Below are positions 9,601 to 17,438 of a stretch of DNA of 64,000 nt, piece after piece. The notes beneath the pieces were generated by a model. It saw only the letters and a program-made list of their open reading frames with translations. It did not search any database and was not told where the DNA came from. Every line of letters starts with the position of its first letter. The first letter of the stretch is position 1. The position numbers and the translations under genes are program-made. This DNA comes from an uncultured Methanosarcinales archaeon (lineage in GTDB: Archaea; Nanobdellota; Nanobdellia; Woesearchaeales; GW2011-AR15), in NCBI GenBank assembly GCA_964428335.1, contig CAYRXW010000003.1:150368-214367 (forward strand). The letters are read 5' to 3'.

Positions 9601-10174
9601 TGTGCTTTTTGGAGACAGCATTACAGAAGGCCATGCAACATATGGGAACAAGGCATTAAGTTCAGAATTTAACAGTAGGATTTCAAAAGATGTAACCATG
9701 TTTTATACAACAGGACTGGGAGGAAAGAGAGCAGATAGCCCAGAATCAATTGATTCATACAATAAGTTCATCCTTCCAAAAAAGCCTGATATTGTGCTTT
9801 TATGGTTCGGAATGAATTCACATGGTTTTGAAGCGTCGCATAAAACCCAGTATATAAATTATATTAATGACATGAAAAAAAAAGGGATAATCCCTGTAAT
9901 CCTTACGACTTCACCTGCATGCGATGCGCTTACAGAAAAAGACATATCTTATCTTGAGGATATCCAGGCAATAAATAAGGATCTGGCGAAGACAGCAGGA
10001 GTTTACCTGATTGATGTCAAAACCAAGCTTGAAAACGAGATGAATGGCAAGTGTAAAGACTATTTCATGGATGCATATCATATGAACCCACAGGCACATT
10101 CAATAGTTGCAAAAATAGTTGTTGACCAGTTCAGTGCATGGAAAAAGGCAAAAACAGGACCTTATTCCTGCTGA
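6593..10174 (+). CDS. Giant multi-domain membrane-anchored hydrolase: Cys-rich N-terminal region, 2 TM helices, GH19-chitinase/lysozyme-like domain, Thr/Pro linker, phosphodiester-glycosidase (NAGPA/DUF2233-like) domain, C-terminal SGNH/GDSL hydrolase
   Basis: Signal peptide MRMKKIIILFFLLLPFAHA. GH19 signature: EKEVGGYGF...GDYCAG...YKGRGYMQVTHYSGY (compare HETTGG and YYGRGPIQLSWNYNY). NAGPA-like: VAINGDEF...INLDGGGSTTLV. SGNH: VLFGDSITEG ... DAYHMNPQAH. Confidence 0.65.
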   Translation: MRMKKIIILFFLLLPFAHAELLVNFGERISSIDQIEKSTYYYEYYLSSPQESEYIFVFHYNDEKINKNSTNSMFILTDIDASRLYRIDLLKNNELRDSVLTNFCNHDSICENNLTKGIFENELTCSDCEKSAKDNFCNIEDDDICDPDCIGYNYDEFPGTCLEDYFRANECSNYCSENEICTSDVFVSELGLCCTGECVKNTEDFCGEYLNGTICMGNEACSGQEVVFGTEGKTCCYGGTCEEDENVDYYNITLINDTAETKNLNIYFIIGIFASLVILVIGLHYKNLNIVIASSLFFILMLSFLLLDARNIITGKATSNTLTQEEINLIMTTPSVFNYGGQSNTNLFLALKSISSEFRKRNVEFSENLMIATITTMEKEVGGYGFLPVEEYGDYCAGPTSKFTIAGKHRKTPYDGGCDYKGRGYMQVTHYSGYLKYCGPDCVTRSTAGNILDECKCKGLAYCSVKDEAKCPPNKALRPEYAGRIFSNFYIGKGLLGLVDSKNYVEIGTRINGVKSYGIDFEKKANAKHSSYNKDQVRKLLAYFNQRSITTPSAPTTPTTPSTGTTGEEPVSVDTTVTTDVADEIISGDKLGYYYLNPSFKIETELSFIPTLVEEAKDYETLKSTLEKYDKEELWIIGGCGEIKKIDEESTKFIFCVDDGVKKIEFALDLEGKIEPKITEAERQETAEAGTGTQTETGTQTETNSQEETEEEITEGFSQLFSGIQYGKFSAAGPIVYHVTKIDLRNQNIRFLVTPQNQLGQPTSSFFAANRPQVAINGDEFRTLGSPKGVAVSNGNVYSSSAETGEQTVFISTKNEVSIGNKIPQGTLNAVSGSHVFLENGVVPERIRSCSKIPYCNDMHPRTSIGVSQDGNTMIIITVDGRRSDYSIGIKLHSNNPSDLTLAELHLAFGSYNAINLDGGGSTTLVMEGKGTVNNPTDPPEEYLNDAAKKAELIYYDGFLVHPNKNIFRERYVSNHLGIYAAKVAAAPEKTNQESCLSDDMDIVLFGDSITEGHATYGNKALSSEFNSRISKDVTMFYTTGLGGKRADSPESIDSYNKFILPKKPDIVLLWFGMNSHGFEASHKTQYINYINDMKKKGIIPVILTTSPACDALTEKDISYLEDIQAINKDLAKTAGVYLIDVKTKLENEMNGKCKDYFMDAYHMNPQAHSIVAKIVVDQFSAWKKAKTGPYSC

Positions 10175-10246
10175 TTTCTTTTAAAAGCCAAACCTAATAT
10201 TTTAAATACACCTATCCTTTCTAACGATACATTAACTTAATGATTT

Positions 10247-11356
10247 ATGGGGTGTTATAACTTGATAAAGATACCAAAAGAAATGCTTATTGAAAAGATA
10301 AAAGAGAAAGGGCTTACTGAAGCGCAGATAAAATCCAAAGTTAAGGATAAACTAGACCAGCTTTCAGGCCTGATTTCAGAGGAAGGGGCTCTACATATAA
10401 TTGCCAATGAGCTTGGAGTGAAGGTCATGGATGAAGGCAAGCTGAAACTGAAGAATGTGCTTTCAGGCATGAGAAGCCTTGACATCACGGCTAAAGTCCT
10501 TAAGATATATGAAGTAAGGGAATTCAACAAGGGAGATAAGAAAGGAAAGGTAGGAAATTTCCTGATAGGCGATGAGACAGGGGTTATGAGAGTAGTTGCC
10601 TGGAATGACAAAGCTGATTTACTTACCAGCTTAAAGGAAGGGACAACAGTAAAGGTTACAGCTGCTTATACAAAGGATAACCAGGGGAAGACTGAGATAC
10701 ACCTTGGAGACAAGTCACAGGTCACTATAAGCGATGAGGAGATAAAGGTTGCCAGCAAGGAAAATGTAAGGAAGAATATCTCAGATTTAAAGGAAAATGA
10801 TGATAATGTTGAAATCATGGGAACAATTGTCCAGGTTTTTGACCCAAGGTTCTGGCCAACTGATCCAACAACAGGAAAAAAGGCTGTTGAAAAAGAAGGG
10901 GAATATTTCTATGAAGACAAGCCAATAACGCCTGATTTTTCATATGTGACAAACATCTTCCTGGATGATGGCACAGAGAACATAAGGGTAGTATTATGGA
11001 AAGCCCAGACAGAAAAACTTTTTGAGATGACCCATGAAGAGATAAAATCAAAAAGGATTGCCGGGTTTGAAGACAAGAAAAATGATCTTTTGGGAAAGAT
11101 AGTGAAATTTTCAGGAAAGACAAGCAAGAACCAGATGTTTGATAGGCTTGAATTCATTGCACAGAATGTTGATATGAACCCAAATCCAGAAGAAGAGATT
11201 GAAAGGCTAAAGGCAATGGAAGCAAAGGAATCAAAGGAAGAAAAAAAGGAAGAGAAAGAAGAAGAGCTTCCAAAGCCAAAAGAGAAAAAACCTGATGTTA
11301 AAACATCTGATGAACTAAATATAGATGATATAGAAGGATTAGAGGATTTGGAATAA
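10247..11356 (+). CDS. rpa: Replication protein A-like ssDNA-binding protein (OB-fold) with KE-rich acidic C-terminal tail
   Basis: N-terminal region (LSGLISEEGALHIIANELGV) is typical of archaeal RPA. Repeated OB-fold-like segments (GKVGNFLIGDETG.MRVVAWND; ENIRVVLWKAQ). Acidic C-terminus DDIEGLEDLE. Confidence 0.75.
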   Translation: MGCYNLIKIPKEMLIEKIKEKGLTEAQIKSKVKDKLDQLSGLISEEGALHIIANELGVKVMDEGKLKLKNVLSGMRSLDITAKVLKIYEVREFNKGDKKGKVGNFLIGDETGVMRVVAWNDKADLLTSLKEGTTVKVTAAYTKDNQGKTEIHLGDKSQVTISDEEIKVASKENVRKNISDLKENDDNVEIMGTIVQVFDPRFWPTDPTTGKKAVEKEGEYFYEDKPITPDFSYVTNIFLDDGTENIRVVLWKAQTEKLFEMTHEEIKSKRIAGFEDKKNDLLGKIVKFSGKTSKNQMFDRLEFIAQNVDMNPNPEEEIERLKAMEAKESKEEKKEEKEEELPKPKEKKPDVKTSDELNIDDIEGLEDLE

Positions 11357-11358
11357 TC

Positions 11359-11910
11359 CTAAACTAACATTTCCTGATATTTCTTTCCTTTTTTTAACAT
11401 TGCAGGCCTTTTATATCCTATAGGATTTGAATAATATAACTGAGGGAAATGGTTGTATTTTTCATTAGGGATTATAATGTTTTTTTCCAGTATAGAAAGA
11501 GTTACTTTAGAATCATCTTTTCCATGGCTTCCTATAGTAAAATCACTACTTACTGAAGAAACCAAAATCCTGGATATATCATCTTTTGGAATGTTTTTAT
11601 CAATTATATCCAATGCTTCAATTAAGGAAGTTCTGGCAATATAGAATTCAACATGGCTTGGCTTATAGCCAAATTTGCTAAAAAAAGCAAGGTCACCAGA
11701 TTTTTTAAATTCATCATGCACAAATATCCCAAACCTATCAAACAATTCATAAGTATGCAGAAAAGGCAGATTTATTCCTGCTTCATTTAATATGAAATTC
11801 ACATAGCCTGAACATGAAAATCCTTCAGTTGCATTTCCGGGTTTTTCTTTTGAGTATCTTTTGCAGGGATAGTTTAGATATTTGAGAGCTATAGGGATTA
11901 ATTGGGACAT
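11359..11910 (-). CDS. NlpC/P60 family cysteine peptidase-like protein
   Basis: EGFSCSGYVNFILNEAG matches the D/E-CSG-h-V catalytic Cys motif. Later His in KPSHVEFYIA. Confidence 0.5.
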   Translation of the reverse strand: MSQLIPIALKYLNYPCKRYSKEKPGNATEGFSCSGYVNFILNEAGINLPFLHTYELFDRFGIFVHDEFKKSGDLAFFSKFGYKPSHVEFYIARTSLIEALDIIDKNIPKDDISRILVSSVSSDFTIGSHGKDDSKVTLSILEKNIIIPNEKYNHFPQLYYSNPIGYKRPAMLKKGKKYQEMLV

Positions 11911-12061
11911 GCAGGTGAAATGAAGATTGAGGTTTAAGAAGGGTTTGACATAAAATATGATTGGAGGTAGATGACAGGAGAGTGGACGTATGACGCAGGA
12001 GCAATTTTAGTTGCGCATGTAAATCATAAAAAACATAAAGAAAGCCTAAATACTATTTAAT

Positions 12062-13042
12062 ATGCAGAGTATTATGAATTACATTAAAAATCCAGTAAGA
12101 CAAGGAGTATACAAAGCTAAAATACACTTTAAGTCAAAAGAATTACTTCTAAGTTTCATCAATTTTCAGAAAAATTGCAGAAAAAAATTTGAGGAACTAA
12201 AAAAGAAGCCAACAATAGGTTTTTACCAAGCAGGGATGTATGAAGAGTATCTAAAAAAAGAAAAATATGAAAACTGGTTATTAGAATCCATATTAGATAA
12301 TTTATTTATGCTTTTAAAGTTTAATAAGGAAGGTGTTTCTAAAGAACTTGAAAATGAATATAATAAGATTTGGCAAGATCTTGAAACAGGTAACTCAGCT
12401 TATTGCAATTTTGGAGATGATAATTACCTTTTAAAATTCAATGATGCCTTTTCAACAGAAATTAAACAACTTGAAACAAAGGATTTTATATTTTTTATAT
12501 ATTCTATAAAAGAATCAACTTTATTGAGTTTTGTAAATATAATAACTCTTGCTTTTGGCGAATCATCATTTAAACTTATTTACCAAATAAATAGTCATGT
12601 AAAAGAAGATGTAATATTTCCTTATATATCTGCAGTTTTTCTATGTTTAGATAATAAATCAGAGTTTATTGAAGATTATTTGATTAATGATTTAGAGGAA
12701 ATTAAAAACAACTATGGACTTGGTTTTTATAGAATGAGCATTCTGTTTATAGGTATTATCTTAGAAGAGATATTAGCTAGAACCTATGAAAATATATTGA
12801 ATGAGGAAGTTCCAAAGGATGCAGGAATTGGATTTTTAATTAAAGCCTTATTTGAAAAAAAAGAGAAAAAATTAGATATACCCAAAGACATCTATTCTAA
12901 TTTATATGATGATGCAAGAGAACTTAGAAATAGCGCAGTTCATCGAGGTAAAAAAGATTTTTCAAGATATGACGTAAAAATAATGTTAAAAGGAGTATTT
13001 AGGCTATACTTATTTTTAAAAGAGAATCAAGTGCGCAACTAA
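12062..13042 (+). CDS. Hypothetical protein with a C-terminal Rx4H (HEPN-type) motif; sits in an AT-richer island
   Basis: C-terminal ~110 aa are helical and carry LYDDARELRNSAVHRGKKDF, which fits the HEPN RN-x3-H motif. Codon usage is markedly more AT-rich than the flanking radA/RPA. Confidence 0.45.
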   Translation: MQSIMNYIKNPVRQGVYKAKIHFKSKELLLSFINFQKNCRKKFEELKKKPTIGFYQAGMYEEYLKKEKYENWLLESILDNLFMLLKFNKEGVSKELENEYNKIWQDLETGNSAYCNFGDDNYLLKFNDAFSTEIKQLETKDFIFFIYSIKESTLLSFVNIITLAFGESSFKLIYQINSHVKEDVIFPYISAVFLCLDNKSEFIEDYLINDLEEIKNNYGLGFYRMSILFIGIILEEILARTYENILNEEVPKDAGIGFLIKALFEKKEKKLDIPKDIYSNLYDDARELRNSAVHRGKKDFSRYDVKIMLKGVFRLYLFLKENQVRN

Positions 13043-13133
13043 AATTGTTGAACATAACGATTCGTCGGGCAGACGACGTGGGAAGACAATTTCTTAAATC
13101 CAAATATTTTAACGAATAGTAAGCCTATAAATT

Positions 13134-13835
13134 TTAATTATTGAGCCATTTACTATAAGCTAACTTATCAATTAATAAGTGAATTGTTGGTGGCCTATTA
13201 TCCCAAGTAATTTTTAAAACATTAGCGTGTTCGACAACCAATAAATTTTCATATTCATCATCAATAATTATTTTATCAATAGTATACTCTCTAAAAGTTA
13301 CACGATCTTCAATAGTCTTTGTTGAATAGAATGCAAAATTCAGAAACATAACAATTAATAGAATATAAAAAAACTCGTTACCTAGACCAGAATTAAATAC
13401 ACCTACACCGGCGACTATTGACAAAAAACCCAACACAAAATTTATAACAGTGAAAGCGGACTTGATTTTTTTTTGTTCCTGCAAAATATTGAGATTTCTT
13501 AATTTTTTATTGTAATCATGCCTAAGTTTTATCGCACGAACTTTTTCATTTAAGTTAGATAACATTTCTACAAAAACCATATGTCTCTTTATTTCGCTAT
13601 TGTCTTGAATATTGTCGCTGTAACCAAAACTGTTTTTATCAATTTTAACAATTTGCTTGCCCTTTAAATTCTTTAGTTTAAGTGTCTTGGTGTCATAAAA
13701 CACATATTTTGGAACAATTTTGGCACTTTTGTCGTTTATTATAACTAAATCACCCATAAGGCAATAGTCTTTGCCTATTTTATGTATAAGATTTTTATGA
13801 GATATAATTTCCAAGCCTTTGATAATTACAGTCAT
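13134..13835 (-). CDS. Hypothetical two-TM membrane protein (island gene)
   Basis: Central hydrophobic pair FTVINFVLGFLSIVAGVGVF / FFYILLIVMFLNFAFY. No known motif. Confidence 0.4.
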   Translation of the reverse strand: MTVIIKGLEIISHKNLIHKIGKDYCLMGDLVIINDKSAKIVPKYVFYDTKTLKLKNLKGKQIVKIDKNSFGYSDNIQDNSEIKRHMVFVEMLSNLNEKVRAIKLRHDYNKKLRNLNILQEQKKIKSAFTVINFVLGFLSIVAGVGVFNSGLGNEFFYILLIVMFLNFAFYSTKTIEDRVTFREYTIDKIIIDDEYENLLVVEHANVLKITWDNRPPTIHLLIDKLAYSKWLNN

Positions 13836-13912
13836 AATAATTACATTATTTTAAAGTATATATTTTTTATTAAAAGTAGAAAACCTACGGTTTTCCACAC
13901 CTTTCCCTAAAT

Positions 13913-14953
13913 TCAAAATAATAAGAAATTATTCCTATATTTTTCAGCGAACAAATCAATTTCTCTATTAAGGATATTCAATTGTCTATCTAAATATTTA
14001 TAATTAATAATATAAATAAACCCTGGGTGAATATAGTTTAACCGAGATAATATTGATGACAATTTTTTATTTGAATCTATCTCAAGAAGTAACTTACTTT
14101 CTTCATTATTTAGTTTCAGAGGTCCAGTCTTATTAAGTTCATCATTAAATTTATTAAAATATTCAAAACCAACATTGTAAACAGCAACTGCTTCTTGATT
14201 ATTACATAGTTTTAGGGTATCGTTTTCTTTTTCTATTTCTTCTAAAGTAATATTTTCTTTTAAGGTATATAAATCAGCTGTTGTAACGATAATTGGAAGT
14301 GTCAATGTACTTAACAATGTGGAAAATTTTGGCTGTTTATATTTTAACAAATATAATACATCAAATAAACATAAATCTCTATAAAGTCGATGCGTTACAA
14401 TAGATCCACAAACAGTTTGAAAGATTGCTCGAATGATAGAATTTGGATTTGCACCCTTTTCAAATATCTCTATCCCTTTATTAACTTCAGGACATGATAA
14501 GATATTTTTTTGGAGCAATTTCAAATTTAAGTTATCATCCTTTTTTTTCTTATCTAAAAGTGATAAGACAGGCGATTCAAATTCTGACAAAATTAGATTT
14601 CCCCCAGAAAAATTTCTAAATCCACTAGGTTCTTCTGGAAACCTTATAAAAAACCAACTATGATTTTTGGTTTTATATTTACATTCAATCACAAGTTGGA
14701 TGCTCAACTCAAGTCTATCAATTAGTATTAGGTTTTTATCTGCATAGATATCTGTTGAAAATAACTTATTTTCCCGATTGTAATGGACTTCTCCTTCGTC
14801 ATTAAAACCAATATTTTGAATCTTTTTAACGACAGAAGATTCAAGAGGAATACCAGATTTCAAAACAAACTCTTTAAAAGATGGATTTACCATAAATTTA
14901 GAATAATTCCTTAATTTATAAAATAAGGCATGGTTTGTCATGCTAATTAACAA
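13913..14953 (-). CDS. Hypothetical protein with possible N-terminal PD-(D/E)xK nuclease-like motif (island gene)
   Basis: TDIYADKNLILIDRLELSIQLVIECKYK has the pattern hhhD ... 10-12 aa ... hhE-x-K characteristic of restriction-endonuclease-fold nucleases. This is speculative from the motif alone. Confidence 0.35.
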   Translation of the reverse strand: MLISMTNHALFYKLRNYSKFMVNPSFKEFVLKSGIPLESSVVKKIQNIGFNDEGEVHYNRENKLFSTDIYADKNLILIDRLELSIQLVIECKYKTKNHSWFFIRFPEEPSGFRNFSGGNLILSEFESPVLSLLDKKKKDDNLNLKLLQKNILSCPEVNKGIEIFEKGANPNSIIRAIFQTVCGSIVTHRLYRDLCLFDVLYLLKYKQPKFSTLLSTLTLPIIVTTADLYTLKENITLEEIEKENDTLKLCNNQEAVAVYNVGFEYFNKFNDELNKTGPLKLNNEESKLLLEIDSNKKLSSILSRLNYIHPGFIYIINYKYLDRQLNILNREIDLFAEKYRNNFLLF

Positions 14954-15204
14954 CTAACGACTACGAACTTGTCTCCCACAAGACGAGATATATTAATAGA
15001 TGTCGCTAACGCTCCTTAGATGTTGCCCAACGAGGTTATTCGGTGGAACAGTAGTTATCTCTAATTCACATTCTCCCACACTGGACACACTGGACATCCC
15101 TGCGTGAGATATTTAAAGGAAGTCAATTTATCATATCCTAACCTGTTTGAAAGAATAGGCCCTCCCGGTTCTGGGAACTAATAATTCCATAATATAAGGA
15201 ACCG

Positions 15205-15513
15205 TTGAAACAAGACCCGAAAGGAATGGAGGCATTAAAAATGCAAACAACAAAACAAACAAAAGAAATAAAGGCAAACACGCCTGAAAAAAAGTTTAGG
15301 GCAGGAACTATAACTGCTACAGTCTGGAAAAACCAGGCAGAAAAAAACGGAAAGGCGTTTGAATACCGCACCGTCTCATTTGAACGAAATTACACAGATG
15401 AGAAAGGTGAATGGAACACAACAAATTCTTTGAGGCTTAATGACTTACCTAAAGCATCATTGGTACTAACAAAAGCTTACGAATACCTTGCAATGAACGG
15501 AGTTGAAGAATAA
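15205..15513 (+). CDS. Small conserved protein, possibly PC4/YdbC-like ssDNA-binding; translationally coupled to radA
   Basis: Stop codon overlaps the radA ATG (TAATG). Core GTITATVWKN...EYRTVSFERNY.DEKGEWNTTNSLRLNDL resembles the PC4/YdbC pattern (W..E.R.W....KGITLS.EE). True start may be the internal Met at 15241. Confidence 0.4.
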   Translation: MKQDPKGMEALKMQTTKQTKEIKANTPEKKFRAGTITATVWKNQAEKNGKAFEYRTVSFERNYTDEKGEWNTTNSLRLNDLPKASLVLTKAYEYLAMNGVEE

Positions 15514-16496
15514 TGGCTAAAGAAAAAGAAACTAAGGAAACAAAAGAAGAAAACATGGAAAATGACGCAATGACTGTCATGGATTTACCAGGAGTAGGAC
15601 CTGCAACAGCAGAAAAACTTGCAATTGCAGGCTATGAGGATTTAATGGCAATAGCTGTCGCAACACCAGGGGAGCTTATAGATGCTTCAGGTGTAACAGA
15701 TGCAACAGCAAAAAAGATAATTGCCGCAGCAAGGGCTGCAATGAGGATGGGCTTTGAATCAGGGATAGATATCCTGAAAAAAAGGCAGAATGTGATGAAA
15801 ATACCTCTTGGTTCGAAAGCATTAAATGAGCTTTTGGGAGGAGGATTTGAATCAGGTGCCATAACCGAGGCATTTGGGGAATTTGGGTCAGGAAAGACCC
15901 AGATTGCGCATTCATTGGCTGTTGAGATACAGAAAATGGATCCTGATGCTTTCGCAGTATTCATCGATACTGAAAACACCTTCAGGCCAGAAAGGATTGT
16001 AGAACTTGCAAAAGGCGCTGGCCTTGACCCTGAAAAAGTTCTTGGAAATATAAAAGTTGCAAGGGCATTTAATTCAGACCACCAGATGCTTTTGGCTGAA
16101 AAGATAAACGACCTGATAACAAAACAGGGCATAAAAGTCAAAGTTGTTGTCGTTGATTCATTGACAGCGCATTTCAGGGCAGAATTCATCGGCCGTGGAA
16201 CATTGGCAGAAAGGCAGCAGAAGCTAAACAAGCACATGCACGAACTTATGAAAGTTGCAGACACACATAATATTGTTGTCTATGTGACAAACCAAGTAAT
16301 GTCAAAGCCTGATGTGTTCTTTGGGGACCCAACCCAGGCAATAGGAGGCCATGTTGTAGCGCATGCATCAACATTTAGGCTATACCTAAGGAAGAGTAAG
16401 AAGAATTCAAGGGTTGCAAAACTTATTGATTCTCCAAACCTGCCAGACGGCGAGGCTGCTTTCATTGTAGAAACGCCAGGAATAAAAGATATTTAA
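15513..16496 (+). CDS. radA: DNA repair and recombination protein RadA
   Basis: N-terminal HhH (LPGVGPATAEKLAIAGY). Walker A GEFGSGKTQIAH. Walker B VVVVDSLTAHFR. Full RecA/Rad51 core of 327 aa. Confidence 0.95.
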   Translation: MAKEKETKETKEENMENDAMTVMDLPGVGPATAEKLAIAGYEDLMAIAVATPGELIDASGVTDATAKKIIAAARAAMRMGFESGIDILKKRQNVMKIPLGSKALNELLGGGFESGAITEAFGEFGSGKTQIAHSLAVEIQKMDPDAFAVFIDTENTFRPERIVELAKGAGLDPEKVLGNIKVARAFNSDHQMLLAEKINDLITKQGIKVKVVVVDSLTAHFRAEFIGRGTLAERQQKLNKHMHELMKVADTHNIVVYVTNQVMSKPDVFFGDPTQAIGGHVVAHASTFRLYLRKSKKNSRVAKLIDSPNLPDGEAAFIVETPGIKDI

Positions 16497-16497
16497 T

Positions 16498-16520
16498 TTT
16501 TTTATCTTTTTTGTCAACTT
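16498..16520 (+). terminator. T-rich tract after radA (archaeal oligo-T terminator candidate)
   Basis: tttaatttttttatcttttttgtc lies immediately 3' of the radA stop. Coordinates are approximate. Confidence 0.3.
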
Positions 16521-16590
16521 CTACCATATATTTAAATACTAAATTACTTTTTCCAAGCCTTAAATAAAATAAATATAGGTGTAAATAAAT

Positions 16591-16935
16591 ATGATGAACG
16601 GAAATAACATGGCCCCTGTATCAGAAGGGGAAGAATTGGATGTTAGGATTGAAGCCATCGGAGAAAAAGGCGATGGAATAGCCAAGAAGAACGGCTTTGT
16701 ACTGGTAATCCCAGGGACACAGATAAATGACGAAGTAAGAATAAAAGTCACAAAAGTCCTAAGGAAAGTCGGTTTTGCTGAAGTTGTTGGAAAAGCAGAG
16801 AATGCCCCAAAGGCAGATGAAGAAAAACCAGCAAAAGCTTCAAAAGCAAAAAGCAAAAGAAAAGCCCCTCAGGAAGAAGAAATGGAAGCTGAGGAATCAG
16901 AAACAGAACCAGCAGAAGATTCAGAAGACTTCTAG
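16591..16935 (+). CDS. TRAM-domain RNA-binding protein with K/E-rich acidic C-terminal tail
   Basis: EELDVRIEAIGEKGDGIAKKNGFVLVIPGTQINDEVRIKVTKV is the beta-barrel TRAM pattern. Confidence 0.65.
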   Translation: MMNGNNMAPVSEGEELDVRIEAIGEKGDGIAKKNGFVLVIPGTQINDEVRIKVTKVLRKVGFAEVVGKAENAPKADEEKPAKASKAKSKRKAPQEEEMEAEESETEPAEDSEDF

Positions 16936-16940
16936 AGGTT

Positions 16941-17438
16941 ATGAGGCTTTTTTTAGCGGTTGATTTCCCAAGGGAAGTCAATGATTATCTTTTTTTTCTA
17001 CAAACTTTCTTTAAGGATTCAGAGAACATACATTTGGTTTCTTCTTTTCATCTTACCCTGAAATTTTTTGGAGAATATGACAAGGAAGAGATAATAAAAA
17101 AAGCTGAAAGCATAAAAGAAAAAAAATTCAGATTACATTTAACAGGGTTTGGAGTTTTCCCAAATGAGAAATTCCCAAAATTAATCTGGGTAGGCGTAAA
17201 TAACGAGCCAGGCCTGAATGCCTTATCAGAGAAGATAAATTCACTGTTTCCAGATTTCAAGCCAGATTTTGATTTCCATCCACATATAACTTTGGCTAGA
17301 TGCAGCACAAAAGTAACCTTGCCAGATTTAAAGATTAAACCAATGGAGTTTGAAGTATCAGGATTCAGGCTTTACCAAAGCATACTGACAAGAGAAGGGC
17401 CAATATATAAAGAAATAAGAAAAATAAATCTTACATGA
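16941..17438 (+). CDS. thpR: RNA 2',3'-cyclic phosphodiesterase / 2'-5' RNA ligase (2H phosphoesterase, LigT/ThpR)
   Basis: Two H-x-T-x motifs: FHLTLKFFGE and HPHITLARC. Confidence 0.8.
   Translation: MRLFLAVDFPREVNDYLFFLQTFFKDSENIHLVSSFHLTLKFFGEYDKEEIIKKAESIKEKKFRLHLTGFGVFPNEKFPKLIWVGVNNEPGLNALSEKINSLFPDFKPDFDFHPHITLARCSTKVTLPDLKIKPMEFEVSGFRLYQSILTREGPIYKEIRKINLT

Noticed and set aside
10255-10611. 118-aa antisense ORF within the RPA gene
   Set aside because: It overlaps a well-supported OB-fold gene. The translation is low complexity.
14954-15204. Possible tRNA or att remnant in the relatively GC-rich spacer between the AT-rich island and the PC4-like/radA operon
   Set aside because: I could not assemble an acceptor stem, D-arm or GTTCRANYC T-loop on either strand. 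Only short imperfect hairpins and a cactggaca direct repeat are present. Left as a promoter or junction region; tRNAscan/Infernal would settle it.
15632-16264. 210-aa minus-strand ORF antisense to radA
   Set aside because: radA identity on the plus strand is unambiguous. The antisense translation is Ser/Phe-rich junk.
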